DNA from: Macrostomum lignano | Lineage: Eukaryota | Direction of reading: 5' to 3' | DNA length: 64,000 nt | Assembly (NCBI GenBank): GCA_002269645.1 | Contig: NIVC01003960.1 | Span: 3,502 to 67,501, forward strand | Part shown: piece after piece, positions 51,401 to 64,000 of the stretch | Position numbering within the stretch: position 1 is the first letter of the stretch | Layout: each line of letters opens with the position of its first letter | Notes under the pieces: model-generated | The model's database searches: none | Seen by the model: only the letters and a program-made list of their open reading frames with translations | Told to the model about the DNA's origin: nothing | Program-made: the position numbers and the translations under genes

Positions 51401-54400
51401 CTTCCGTTGCTGCCGGCTTGTCATCTTTTCTTGGCTTCATAAGTCTCCAGTTGGAACCATTTCTCTGTCGGTAGTCTAATGCGATCAAACCGTGTGTTGG
51501 CTTCGGTTTGGGGGGAAGCCGAGCTTGGGAAAGAATCGAGCGATGTGTTTCTCGACTGATATCTCCTCCCCTCAGGGGAGTGGCGGAATCTGATATGGGA
51601 TAACGCTTGTCAGACCAGATTGCCATGAATGGCCATGCAGCTAAAGGATTGACAAGTGCGCTTATACATGATCTATTTGAATGCACCCGTTTGACTTGCC
51701 TTTGCCGATCTCCGGACAAAAGTCCGTCTGCGTTTTGAATTCTTTTTTTGAGTCCTATTTTTCTTGATTATTTAACTTCACAGGCAACGCTGGACTTTGA
51801 GATCAATTACTATTCGCCCGACTCGCAAATTGGCGACTGGAGACAGGACGAATTCGACTATCCGGTGCCCCCGATGCGCCCCGGAGCGGCCGGAGAGGAT
51901 CAAGAGGACAATGCCAGGTGAGGAAAAGGATGCAGATCTATTCATATTCATTTGGGACTTTTGTGTGCACGAGAATTGGTCGATGGGTTGTCGTGATTCA
52001 CAGCCATGATGGCCAACCTCCCAAGCCACAGAGAGTGCACACTCCTGACGATTAGAAAGTCAAAGCCGCTGTACACCCTCTGTGAGCGTGTTTTTGATTG
52101 CGTGCCTGTGTACAGTTTTGGCGCGCGCGAAACACTTGTATCTTTGGTTGGCAATTTTACTTATAAACGAATCACAATGGACAAGCGTTAATTTGAAAAA
52201 TACCGTCTAGCAGAGACATTGATTTCTGTAGCCACTATAAAATCGATATCATACTATTACCTTCGTTATTTCAGCATCCATTTCTCAGCAATCAATGCGC
52301 ATCAGTTAGATGACTTGCCAAACCAACTCAATCTTTTGTTACACTTCCAGTCGGATCAGCTTCTCAGACGCGCAGTCTCTGATAAAGGAGAATCGAAACA
52401 TGCTGGCGCTGGCCCAAGGCGACGAGGCCGGCTCCCTCATGACTGGCGAGGATGACGCCTCGTTGGGTAACGCGATGCGAAAGTAAGCGCTCTCCGGCGT
52501 TTTAATCCGTACTGAGTGCCTGAACGCCCCTGTAGCTGACACTCTTTCACCGTCGACCTCTCCTCTCCCCCCAGGGCAGACCCAATAAATCAATCCTGTC
52601 TCCGGCAGAAACTCATCGACTGTCGAGATCTTATTCCCTCTCTGCTGCTTAGTGGGCAACCCTCTGACTATCTCTCAAGTTCTTTCTCTCTGGCTTTTAT
52701 CTGCGCTCCTATTAGTTAGCACCACTTGATTCTCTTTAACTCTTTGAGCAAAGTGTACTGCTGCAAAGATTTTATCTTGAAAGATTTAGCTGTCTCCACT
52801 TGAAAGTGATCCACTACTCTACTCGCAAATAGACTTGATAGCAGTAAATTTTATTTTAATGACCTTTTACCTATGAGATGAGGCATTAAAGATATACGTT
52901 TTTATTAGCTTCTCGAGCGACCGTTCCGTATGACCTTTACCGCAGGACTTACCAGAGAAAGTTCAGATAAAGAACCTATACCATGCTTACCGTATTTAAT
53001 TTACTTTGAATACCGCAGCAAACTTGGGCTGTGATTAGAGAATAAATTTAACTGAGAGTTCTTGCCTCATGGCGAGTTGCTGCACCTGTTGCACTGAGGG
53101 TTCAATGCAGAACTTTTTTCTCTGTTCTGTTTAAGCTCCCCCTGTCCGCCTCCTAGAATAGCAAATAACTCACTGAATGCGCACAGTTGTGAATGCATTT
53201 TGTTCTTCTCTGTATTTTCCTCAACTTTTTTGCTTGAGCCATTGTTTCACAGCTGTTGCTCAAGTACAGCGAGTGGCCTATGGGCTGTAAAGCATAGAAG
53301 CCATGGCTTTTCATACATAGAACTTTTTTCCAATCCCATTAGGAGAAAGAGAAGATTTTTCAACTCAAAATGATTCTAGGCAGGACGATGGATCTCCAAA
53401 TTTTAATGAGGGGTTCGATTTTAGCTCAATTTTTCGCGGATGACACGTTAGGGCCGGGAAAAGTGTACTCATCCTTAACAAAGAAACAAACACAAAGATC
53501 ATTTTGGTAAAGGGTTTTATAGCCTTTAATAATCTAATTGCTTTAAGTATTTATTACTAGGCTAGCACTTTTTATTTGGCCTCAAATGAACTCATTACTA
53601 CAATCTTCTGATGAATGCCAGTACAAGAGCAAACTCAACCAGTGCGTATCTGCTTTTGCTTTAGTGCAGCGCAGTTTAGACTGAGGAACTTCAGAGCTCG
53701 CCCTGACGTGTATCTCCCATTCCTTCTTTCTCCCCCCGCTCTCGTTCCCCCCTCGCCACTCCTGGTGAGTCAATATTTGAGTAGCCAGGTTGCACTTACT
53801 GGTTTATAGGTCTGGAAAAAAGGAACTGATTCTCCTATGCTGCATGGCAGGAGTATTATTGCCTTATCTGTCTCTGACTCACCGTATCTTCGCACGAATC
53901 TCATATCCTCTTGATGTTTTTTGTTTGCCAAATAAGCTCCAGTTAGTGTTTAGACACTGGGGGCTTTTGGCGCTGCTGCAGATGAAGGCGGCATCTTTCC
54001 ACTGAACCCTGAACACTCACACGGATGTACAACGGCCCTGGCTTTCTCATTGTAATGCTTTATTGAAATTTACGTCCATTAACCTGAAACTGAGGTAGTC
54101 ATCGTTTTTTATTTAAGTAAATTTACCTTTAGCCTTTTCCATTATAATACTATTTTATAACAAAAAGATAGGGCCTTGACTTTCATCCAGAAGACCGACA
54201 GCGCGAATGTCTCTATTAAATCAGAAAAGAAATTATTTTAACATAAAAATTTTGAGATTTAAGATTTAGCCTTTCGAAATACCTTCTCCTTTTTCACAGT
54301 TAATTCCATTTACTTGATTAAACATTCCGCCCTGAGAAAACTTTTGAAGTGCTCTAGAATGAACATGTCCCTAAATAATGCAGCACAACACTAGGATTAA

Positions 54401-57400
54401 TTCAGTCTTCATGGACAAAACTGTCAATAAACTTCGCTTATTCCGCCCTGTTAGAACACTCGGAGTTCCCGTGGTCCTCGATCCAACTCTGCACAAGATG
54501 GAAGACTACCAGCTGTCTGTGACCATCATCGAAGCCAAGCAGCTCTCGGGCGCCAACATCAATCCTTGCATCGAAGTTCGAGTTGGTGATCGAGTTAAAC
54601 GAACCGAGATTCAAATGTCAACTAATTCGCCGTATTACAATCAGTACTTTCCGTTCGAGTTCCACATGTCAAAATCGGAGCTGTTCGATCAGGTTATTCA
54701 CATCCGGGTGAGTTACATGCAAATTATTGTTGAATTTCTGCTTTTAGAGGAATATTGAGAAACCCAGACCGCTCTGCAGGCTTCAGTTCCGCGAGGTCCC
54801 TTAGGAATTTTGATGGCGGAAGCTCTAGCGAAGGTCCCGCAACCGGAGGCTGCACGCCGTGGCCGCGCGGGGAGAGGATTATTTTTTGAAAGGCGAGACG
54901 CAGACGGACCTCAAAAGCTTTTGCCAGACTTTAGTGGCCTGGCGTGCGTCTCCCTTGGGACCGGATTAATAATTCATAAGGGAGGGAGCCGCAGCTTGCC
55001 AAGTCTAAGCTTGCGAGATGCGGCGCTGCCGTGGTGGCAGAATTGGATACACCGCGTCGAGACTGGGTGGTTGGGTTGGAGAGAGCAAAGAGACTGCAAG
55101 ACAGGGATAGGGAAATGGAAAAAATATATGAAGGAGCCAAAAGTTTTATTATTAACGGGCATGCAAGGCAAACAGTTCAAGAGCGCATCGCTAAAGCGGT
55201 CGGCAGCTTTGAGAGATGCTGGTTTTCCGTTGGCGTCATGGATTTTACAAACTATAGCAAACTATATCCTCCTTTATATGTCACCAAGGTATCTTTATGT
55301 ATCATAAAGCTACGCAATCGATCACAAAATGTCTCTCAATCATCAAATGTAACCAAACCATCCCCGATTATAAAAAAAACGTCGTCGAACGTCACCAAAT
55401 CCTCCTCAGTCTTGGACTGTTTTGGAATGTCTTTGACTTAAGATAGTTCTTTCAACTGTTGCTGCACTACACCAAGCAATAAAATTAAAGTCGTCCAGCT
55501 ATCTTGAACTTTCAACAAAGCATTGCTATCTTTAACTCCTAAACTACACCAACTTCAAGTTGAGAGAAAAACTTCAGATTAACTTTCCTAGTTGGCTGTA
55601 AACATTTCAGGCGCTGAACAAAGGCACAATGATGATCTCTAGGCTGTTTTCTGGCGATCTAATTGGCGAATTTCGACTCGACGTTCGCACCGTCTACAAT
55701 GCGCAAGGTAGGTGCATACTGATTTATTACTTATGAACTGGGTTAATTATGAAACCCGTCTTGAAACAGTGATTACAGTTCATAAAACTAAAATCAGGAT
55801 TAAAAAGTGCTTATACCAGCAAATAAACTTGAGTTTGTTTGTTAACAATTGACTGGAAAAATTACTGGGCGTATTCTTTTTGCAACTAGAAGTTCTCATG
55901 TACTGACTCAATTTTAAGATATATGTAATAAGTTAATAGTTCATAAATTATGAACCTTCCTACGCATAAAAGTATCATTCAGGAATAGCGAAACTAAAGC
56001 CCTATTTATGCAGCAATAGGATACAAACAGCTCATTTGCAATATATCGCCTTAAAATTCTTTTTCTGCTCATGAATAATTATCCCGTGTTAATATATAGA
56101 TCTGCCTTTAGTACCCAGTTTCGCTAAATTACTGTCACTAAGTCTGCTCTAAAAATTGATTTATGAAGCAAAAAGTAAGAGTTGCAACTCGAAAACACGT
56201 CTTAACTTCGAAAACTTATATGTTAGAAGCTTCGAAGACCTGACTACTTTCAGGAAGTTCCAACCATGGCTTTGCAATCTGGGCTTAAAAATTTTATGTT
56301 TGAAATCCCATTTGACGTTTCAAATCGTTTAGGGATTAAACAGCAACTAATGGTCACTCCTTACACGTAGCAGTCGGCCTTCACATTGCTTATTAAAATC
56401 TGTGCAATAGTGTTGAATTACACACGGAGTGTAGGCTTTGCAACGCTTGTCGCCCGTAACTCTGCTCGGCCTTCTACACGCATTACCGCAACTTGGTCAC
56501 CCACTGCTTCATTCCCCGATTCGTCATTATGACCGACTTCGTTCAAAATGTGAAAAAAGTTCTTAAACAGATATATCTCGCGATTGCTTTATTATCTCAT
56601 ACACATATCAATAAATGTTATATAGGTTCTGACGTAAAAATATTGTGTATTTAGTTTATTTACGTCGCAGCTATTTGCAGTCAAAGCGAAAATAAAACTT
56701 TGCATCAATTTCCAGACCACATGTTCTTCCACAAGTGGGCCTGCCTCATCGATCCCAAAGACATTCTGGGCGGTCCGAAAGGCTATGTTAAATGCGACAT
56801 CAACGTGATTGGGAAGGGCGAACAGATGAAGGTATGCGAAAAAGTCTTTTATTTTAACTTCTGCGTTTCATTGATTAAGAACTTAGATTATAGCAGCATC
56901 CATTGGATAACCCATTTATACTACTAGCAGTTGCATTATGTTTTTTCTTAGAATTTTCCAAAAATAGCCGTTCGTCACGCACCATAGTATCTAGCAATCC
57001 GTTATTATTATTCGGAATTCACCTGTTTTACCAAAACTACTTACAAGCGTCTTGCTACTTGCTAAATGGAGGCATATTTTCTTTACACCCACGTTTTCCT
57101 GTTTAGAAGTCGGGTTAGTTCTTTGAGTCAGAATTTTGCTTTACTCTGTCGAGTATTGTACGTCGTATTCGTTTGGAATCGAAAAAAAACTAGAAAGCCA
57201 ACGAAGCGTTCATTGTGGCTTTCGACGTTGCAGCGATAGTTACTTTCCTTGTTTGTAAACTTTTGATATCCGCGTGTACTAAACAGTAAAGTAATATAAT
57301 TTTTTGCCTATTGTAGGACCCAAAGAAGGTAGTCTCTAGATACAAAAAACGTTTTGTTATATTCTTGTAGCAATTGGAACAGTTGCGGTTTATTACATTC

Positions 57401-60400
57401 GAATAATAATAACTATTGCTTTACTGCTTCTTTGTAATCTTGAGGTAGAAGTTTCTTTTTTATGCAATTGCGTAGCAGGATATGTATTTTAAGAAATTTT
57501 TGATTCACGCACCTGTAGAAAAATAAGTCTAATTACTAGTACCAGGTATCAGTCAAAAGACCATCTGATATCTGGATGAAGTAAGCATAATATTCCAAGC
57601 ATCCATTTTTTTAATTGAGAGTTCATAACAGTCGACTTTTTGGCAACATGGTTAACATTGGCTTGACTATAAAGCTCTTTGGTGGATCAAACATTGGTTT
57701 GAATCTACAGTTATTGTGATTTTTGTCACAGCAGCCATGCAGTAAATTGTTGATGCTATTTTACATACCTTGAAGCGCAACAGCAAACAAAAAATCGAAG
57801 CTAACAGCTAGATATTTAAAGCGGTTTCTTACGATTGAAGTCGATATATTCATATTTTAGTTCTAAACAGTAAAAGTCAAATAAAATACGTTCAAACTAC
57901 TAAGTACGAGCGTAGTTAGTAGTTAACTACAAAGCATGGTCTTTTGACGTTTGAAAGTGTTTTATTATGATTTCTACGAAATGGGCACCACAATGAATTA
58001 CACGTATATTAGTACAAATCGCACGCATCGTAAAAAGTAATCAATGCTATTTAAAGGGTCGGGTTTCATTTTCGGAAGCATATTTTCGCTTGAACCTTTG
58101 TAACACTGCACATTCTTTAGCTACTACTTAAGGTTCAAGTTCAGTAGCGACTATAGAAAATGGCGACTATAAGTTTTTATCCAATCTGTACAGGCAAAAT
58201 GTTGCACTGCTAGAACTTATGTAACCTGCTTTTTGCTTTCCCCAAAAACATTGTCATTGCATAATTTGTTGCATAAAATCTGCTGCCATCGATTTCTTTT
58301 CGCTTTCAGTCGCGACCGAAGGTACGTTGATTTTTGTAAACCAAAGCCTATTTTCGACCAGGCGGAATCCATAACAGAAATCTTTTTTTTAGAATTTGCA
58401 ATCTTTCATTTGAACTCTTGAGACTTCCAGAGTACTTATTTATTACTGTGCTTATTTCTTATTTCTAATCTTCGCATGCCTTCAATAGAGCACAATTTAA
58501 ACCTCTACATATATAGGTAAAACTGTAAACTGCATTCACATTCTGCTTACACATTATTCTTTTTATCCTTAATTTTATTATTATTATTTTGGTATGACGA
58601 TGTACATCAATTTATTTCGATTTCTACACAAAAACAGAAAGCAAAATTTGAACAGCTCAATATTTGATTATTATTCGCTACCTCACGCTGAGCTAAATTC
58701 CACCTAATTACCGTTCCCGTGTCCTGACTAACTGGCAATTTTATACTGATGGGGCTTCTTAGCTTCCTAGCTTCTGCCTAAAATATTTAACTTGTTAACT
58801 TGTCTTATTCGACAATTGTTTTAATCGCACTGGTTAGGATCAGTCCCTTAATTCGATTGGAAGGCCGATAATTTTACTTTATTGCAGCGCGATTTAATAA
58901 AAAGCTGTTAAACTAATACTCCGAAGTATTTTAAACATTTGCGTATATATAATCACTATCAATATTTTAGGAAAAACTAAACAAAAAGAAAATCAAACTA
59001 AGGCAGCCAATAAAATTAAAAGTTTTCTTGGGTCTCTTCGTTGTTTTCCCTAGAGGGGTTTCCCTTCAGAAAGTTTCTCCAAGTTGCAGGACGTTTCCCA
59101 GCAGGAGGTTCTCCCGCAGTGAGTTTCTCCCGCAGTGAGGTTCTCCCGCAGTGAGGCTCTCCCGCAGTGAGGTTCTCCCGCAGTGAGGCTCTCCCGCAGT
59201 GAGGCTCTCCCGCAGTGAGGCTCTCCCGCATTGAGGTTCTCCCGCAGTGAGGTTCTCCCGCAGTGAGGCTCTCCCGCAGTGAGGCTCTCCCGCATTGAGG
59301 TTCTCCCGCAGTGAGGTTCTCCCGCAGTGAGGCTCTCCCACAGTGAGGCTCTCCCGCATTGAGGTTCTCCGCAGTGAGGTTCTCCCGCAGTGAGGCTCTC
59401 CCGCAGTGAGGCTCTCCCGCATTGAGGTTCTCCCGCAGTGAGGTTCTCCCGCAGTGAGGTTCTCCTGCAGTGAGGCTCTCCCGCATCGAGGTTCTCCCGC
59501 AGTGAGGCTCTCCCGCAACGAGGTTCTCCCGCAGTGAGGTTCTCCGCAGTGGCACCACAATGGGCACCACAATGGGCACCACAATGAATTACACGTATAT
59601 TAGTACAAATCGCACGCATCGTAAAAAGTAATCAATGCTATTTAAAGGGTCTGGGTTTCATTTTCGGAAGCATATTTTCGCTTGAACCTTTGTAACACTG
59701 CACATTCTTTAGCTACTACTTAAGGTTCAAGTTCAGTAGCGACTATAGAAAATGGCGACTATAAGTTTTTATCCAATCTGTACAGGCAAAATGTTGCACT
59801 GCTAGAACTTATGTAACCTGCTTTTTGCTTTCCCCAAAAACATTGTCATTGCATAATTTGTTGCATAAAATCTGCTGCCATCGATTTCTTTTCGCTTTCA
59901 GTCGCGACCGAAGGTACGTTGATTTTTGTAAACCAAAGCCTATTTTCGACCAGGCGGAATCCATAACAGAAATCTTTTTTTTAGAATTTGCAATCTTTCA
60001 TTTGAACTCTTGAGACTTCCAGAGTACTTATTTATACTGTGCTTATTTCTTATTTCTAATCTTCGCATGCCTTCAATAGAGCACAATTTAAACCTCTACA
60101 TATATAGGTAAAACTGTAAACTGCATTCACATTCTGCTTACACATTATTCTTTTTATCCTTAATTTTATTATTATTATTTTGGTATGACGATGTACATCA
60201 ATTTATTTCGATTTCTACACAAAAACAGAAAGCAAAATTTGAACAGCTCAATATTTGATTATTATTCGCTACCTCACGCTGAGCTAAATTCCACCTAATT
60301 ACCGTTCCCGTGTCCTGACTAACTGGCAATTTTATACTGATGGGGCTTCTTAGCTTCCTAGCTTCTGCCTAAAATATTTAACTTGTTAACTTGTCTTATT

Positions 60401-63400
60401 CGACAATTGTTTTAATCGCACTGGTTAGGATCAGTCCCTTAATTCGATTGGAAGGCCGATAATTTTACTTTATTGCAGCGCGATTTAATAAAAAGCTGTT
60501 AAACTAATACTCCGAAGTATTTTAAACATTTGCGTATATATAATCACTATCAATATTTTAGGAAAAACTAAACAAAAAGAAAATCAAACTAAGGCAGCCA
60601 ATAAAATTAAAAGTTTTCTTGGGTCTCTTCGTTGTTTTCCCTAGAGGGGTTTCCCTTCAGAAAGTTTCTCCAAGTTGCAGGACGTTTCCCAGCAGGAGGT
60701 TCTCCCGCAGTGAGTTTCTCCCGCAGTGAGGTTCTCCCGCAGTGAGGCTCTCCCGCAGTGAGGTTCTCCCGCAGTGAGGCTCTCCCGCAGTGAGGCTCTC
60801 CCGCAGTGAGGCTCTCCCGCATTGAGGTTCTCCCGCAGTGAGGTTCTCCCGCAGTGAGGCTCTCCCGCAGTGAGGCTCTCCCGCATTGAGGTTCTCCCGC
60901 AGTGAGGTTCTCCCGCAGTGAGGCTCTCCCACAGTGAGGCTCTCCCGCATTGAGGTTCTCCCGCAGTGAGGTTCTCCCGCAGTGAGGCTCTCCCGCAGTG
61001 AGGCTCTCCCGCATTGAGGTTCTCCCGCAGTGAGGTTCTCCCGCAGTGAGGTTCTCCTGCAGTGAGGCTCTCCCGCATCGAGGTTCTCCCGCAGTGAGGT
61101 TCTCCCGCAGTGAGGCTCTCCCGCATCGAGGTTCTCCCGCAGTGAGGTTCTCCCGCAGTGAGGTTCTCCCGCAGTGAGGTTCTCCCGCAGTGAGGTTCTC
61201 CCGCAGTGAGGTTCTCCCGCAGTGAGGTTCTCCCGCAGTGAGGTTCTCCCGCAGTGAGGTTCTCCCGCAGTGAGGTTCTCCCGCAGTGAAGTTCTCCCGC
61301 TGCAAAGTTTTCTAGCAGGAGAATTTTCCACTGTAAGATTCCCGCAGCGAAGTTCTTCCTCCGAGTTTTTTCTCGCCGAGGTTTTGCTATAAATATTTGT
61401 CAGTTTCTTGCACTCCCCCCCCCGTTTTTCTTATCAAGTCTTACGCGTCTACAGTATATTGTAGTTCTCTTGAAATACGTGAACGTGATGAATACGTGAC
61501 CAACCCACCAGTTTGGTCATGGTACCAACTGATCTATAGCGCATACTTCAGTATTTCCCATTTTTTGTTTCTAGTTTAGCTTTTTTCTCTTACTCTCTCA
61601 GATCTCGCAGATCCAGACCAGAGAACAACAGATTGCATTAGTTTTTAAGTTGAAATTTCACAACAAGAAATGTGTTGGACTGTTTGCGTTGAACACTTCC
61701 AGGATTATTAGCATTTTGTATGTCAGCATCGTTATCTTCCTTCTTGTGAAAGTATTTCATTCGTCAGTATAGTTCTAGTTCTCATACTGATTACAAACTC
61801 AACAACATTTTTCGTTTGCCTGAAACTTGGTAAAAAAAACTCGCTAACTTTGAAAAAAATATTTGCAAAGCTAAAAAGACCAACCTTGGTGCATTCCAGA
61901 CTCAGACCAGGAAGTCGAAATCCAATGATGAAGAAGACATTGAAGCGTGAGTGTCTCTTCATCTATTTATGTATTTCAAATTCATAATTATAGCTACAGT
62001 TTTGTACACCCACACCGTCGGTGCCTACTTATGCAGCAACCTGTTGCTGCCCAGCGGTGTCCCAATCAAGCGCCAGAACGCTGAAATCTCCGTTAGAATC
62101 TATCGGGCCGAAGATCTGCCCAAGATGAACACTGATTTCATGGCCACTATCAAGCAGGCAATCACGGGCGACTCAAAGCCACTAGCTGATCCCTACGTTC
62201 AGGTTTCCTTTGCTGGACATTCGGTGAGCTTTTCCGAATTTTAATTAGACAGCTAGATTGTAAACTAGGTTTTTTGGAGTGTTTTGACTAATTTTATAAT
62301 AAAATTTATAACTAACTTATCTTACATGCATGTAAAGCGTTTTAGCGAAATTTAAGAGTACTATTTAAATTAGGATTGAAAACAAAACAGACAGACAGTA
62401 AGTAGGGCGCAGAGCCCAAAATGGGTTTCGAGCGCAAGTAAGAAAAGGAGGGGTGGAGTGCGCGACTAAGGAAAGAGGGGAGATTGAAGAGCCAATCAGA
62501 GGCGGCGAGGGAGAGAGATAAGAATTCACAACGCTGAACGAGACAGAGAGGGAGAGAAAACAGAGTAAACAGACGAGTGCAGATGAACCAAGAACTGACA
62601 TAACAAACGTACGAGTGCGTAGCTTAACATTGACATAAGTTTAACGGGAATGATGCAGAATTTGGGCTTCAAAAGTCAAGTTAACTTATTTACTCCGTAC
62701 AAATGCATTGTTTATAACAAACCTGCAGAATGTTTTTGCGCACGTATCAAAGCCGTCTAACTTATTGCAGGGCAAGACGAAGTTGAAAAAGAACACGTAC
62801 GATCCACAGTGGAATGAGGCGATCGTGTTCACTGAAATGTTCCCGCCGCTGTGCAACCGGGTTCGAATCTCCGTCTACGACTGGGACACCGTCTACAACG
62901 AGTGCATCGCGACGCACTTCATTGACCTCAATCAGATTATGAACGACGCCGAGAGCGGTGAGTTTAAAAATTAGCAATTTACTACTATCAAATTTTGTGT
63001 CTTCGAAGTAAGAGCCCCTGTCTGAGACTAAGTTTGTACCGCGCTAGGTTTGTGGTGGCTTTGAGTAATAAAGAAACTGGGTTTTTCATTTTTTAAAAAT
63101 ATAACATTTGAAAATGCAAGTTTTCCCTGAAATCAAAGCTTTTTATTGTAATCTGCTACTGAGACAAAAAATTATATTAATATTTATTGTATCGTCGGAG
63201 CGTAGCAAATGTGTGGTGATTTATTTATGCATGTGCAAAGAACGACCTTTGGACCTTGTACATGGAAATGTTTGGTAGGCTGTCGCTGGATTCGCAACCA
63301 TGAAGGCCAACCCCTTAATATCATAGCCAAGTCAACTTAATATCATATTTTCAGGCTTCATGCCTACATTTGGACCGTCATGGATAAATCTTTACGGCAC

Positions 63401-63578
63401 TCCGCGTAACTACAGCTACGAAAACATGATCCACCCCAAGGAGGAGTTGAACCTCGGCCTAGGCGAAGGTGTCGCCTACAGGGGCCGCCTGTTGATGGCC
63501 ATAAAGACAGAAGTCAAGACGGATAATTCTGGCCTGACTTCCGGGGCTAGAGTCGCTTCGACTCATCCGGTACCAGAT
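45498..63578 (+). CDS. OTOF: Otoferlin-like ferlin (C2A, C2B, FerI, C2C seen), 5' part; continues beyond the window
   Basis: Exons 45498-45576, 50246-50390, 50565-50664, 51784-51917, 52351-52482, 54455-54707, 55611-55707, 56716-56831, 61900-61946, 62037-62223, 62771-62957, 63355-63578 join in frame (1701 nt). Otoferlin-like segments: [99 protein letters not shown]. Orthology within the OTOF/FER1L4/FER1L6 group is not resolved. Confidence 0.92.
45952..46187. repeat. 21-bp minisatellite in ferlin intron 1
   Basis: Unit taggtcaccctgacaactgat; period checked at 45961 and 45982. Confidence 0.93.
46200..46650 (-). mobile_element. Probable degenerate non-LTR retrotransposon 3' fragment
   Basis: The minus strand reads [38 protein letters not shown], resembling a LINE ORF2 C-terminus. 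It contains stops and frameshifts. Confidence 0.4.
48781..49158. mobile_element. MITE, Mutator(MULE)-like, 378 bp
   Basis: Perfect 53-bp TIRs at 48781-48833 and 49106-49158 starting GGGTCTCCC; 9-bp TSD gctaccaca at 48772-48780 and 49159-49167; AT-rich non-coding interior. Confidence 0.9.
49711..50125 (+). repeat. 88-bp tandem repeat x4 derived from a dispersed hairpin-forming element
   Basis: catgagggcc at 49741, 49829, 49917, 50005; related copies at ~40356-40460, 51985-52125 and 63277-63314. Confidence 0.92.
57981..61300. repeat. ~1.59-kb near-identical tandem duplication, each unit ending in a 16-bp minisatellite
   Basis: acaatgaatt at 57990 and 59581; arrays of gaggttctcccgcagt at ~59104-59549 and ~60695-61300 share the same variant order. 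Confidence 0.96.
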
Positions 63579-64000
63579 GTGAGTCGACATGCATTGTGTG
63601 ACTAAAGTACATTTAACGAATCGAGTGGAGAGTTTCACTTTTTACGGAATTCTAGCTTTTCGCTTGCGTCTTGAGAGCAAAATGAGAAGTTTTTTAAACC
63701 AAACAAGAACTGATTTGAAGATATTTAGTAGACACTTTGCGTCCAGAAACAGATTTTTTATGCTGCCCCACGGAGTTCTACATATACGTATGAGCGTAAT
63801 ATCGAGTCTTACCCACAAACGGTTGTCTTCATTCGCGCAACTCGAATTTGTAACTAATGCTTGAATCCCTCTTTACCATATCTCACTTTGGCTAATAAAA
63901 AGTCTACTTTTGCTGGTGAAATTAAAACTAGTCATAGAAAAGCTACGAATATATCGTAAAACTGCCTAGGCGCGCAAAAAATCAAAAAAGTAATCTGCGG

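Noticed and set aside
51159-51719. 186-aa minus-strand ORF in ferlin intron 3
   Set aside because: No recognisable domain or splice support; probably decayed repeat sequence.
54810-55441. LTR gag fragment (DAALPWW)
   Set aside because: A single short motif with no LTRs, protease or RT nearby; too weak to call.

Overview
Animal (metazoan) genomic DNA, extremely rich in micro- and minisatellites. The species cannot be determined here; a flatworm-like invertebrate is only a guess. I reconstructed seven intron-containing genes, all on the + strand: a 5-exon GLUT/SLC2A sugar transporter (2363-12071, first intron GC-AG); a 2-exon ~97-aa single-TM microprotein (15092-18364); COP9 signalosome subunit 3 (20637-23707); a second, paralogous 2-exon ~96-aa microprotein (24544-25444); two tandem 4-exon poly-C2H2 zinc-finger genes (about 26601-31334 and 33826-38447, about 25 fingers each); and the first 12 coding exons of an otoferlin-like ferlin (45498 to beyond the window end). 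Neither microprotein gene is visible as such in the ORF track. Mobile DNA includes two tRNA-derived CORE-like SINEs, a MULE-like MITE with 53-bp TIRs and a 9-bp TSD, non-LTR retrotransposon fragments, foldback elements and a small hairpin-forming repeat family. The most interesting observations are the EW|xNP microprotein pair flanking COPS3, and the zinc-finger pair built from phase-1 exon cassettes with within-gene homogenisation and a conserved non-finger motif ([13 protein letters not shown]) that I do not recognise. Eight 1-nt deletions in the zinc-finger genes look like long-read assembly errors. All coordinates were counted by hand; repeat boundaries are approximate.
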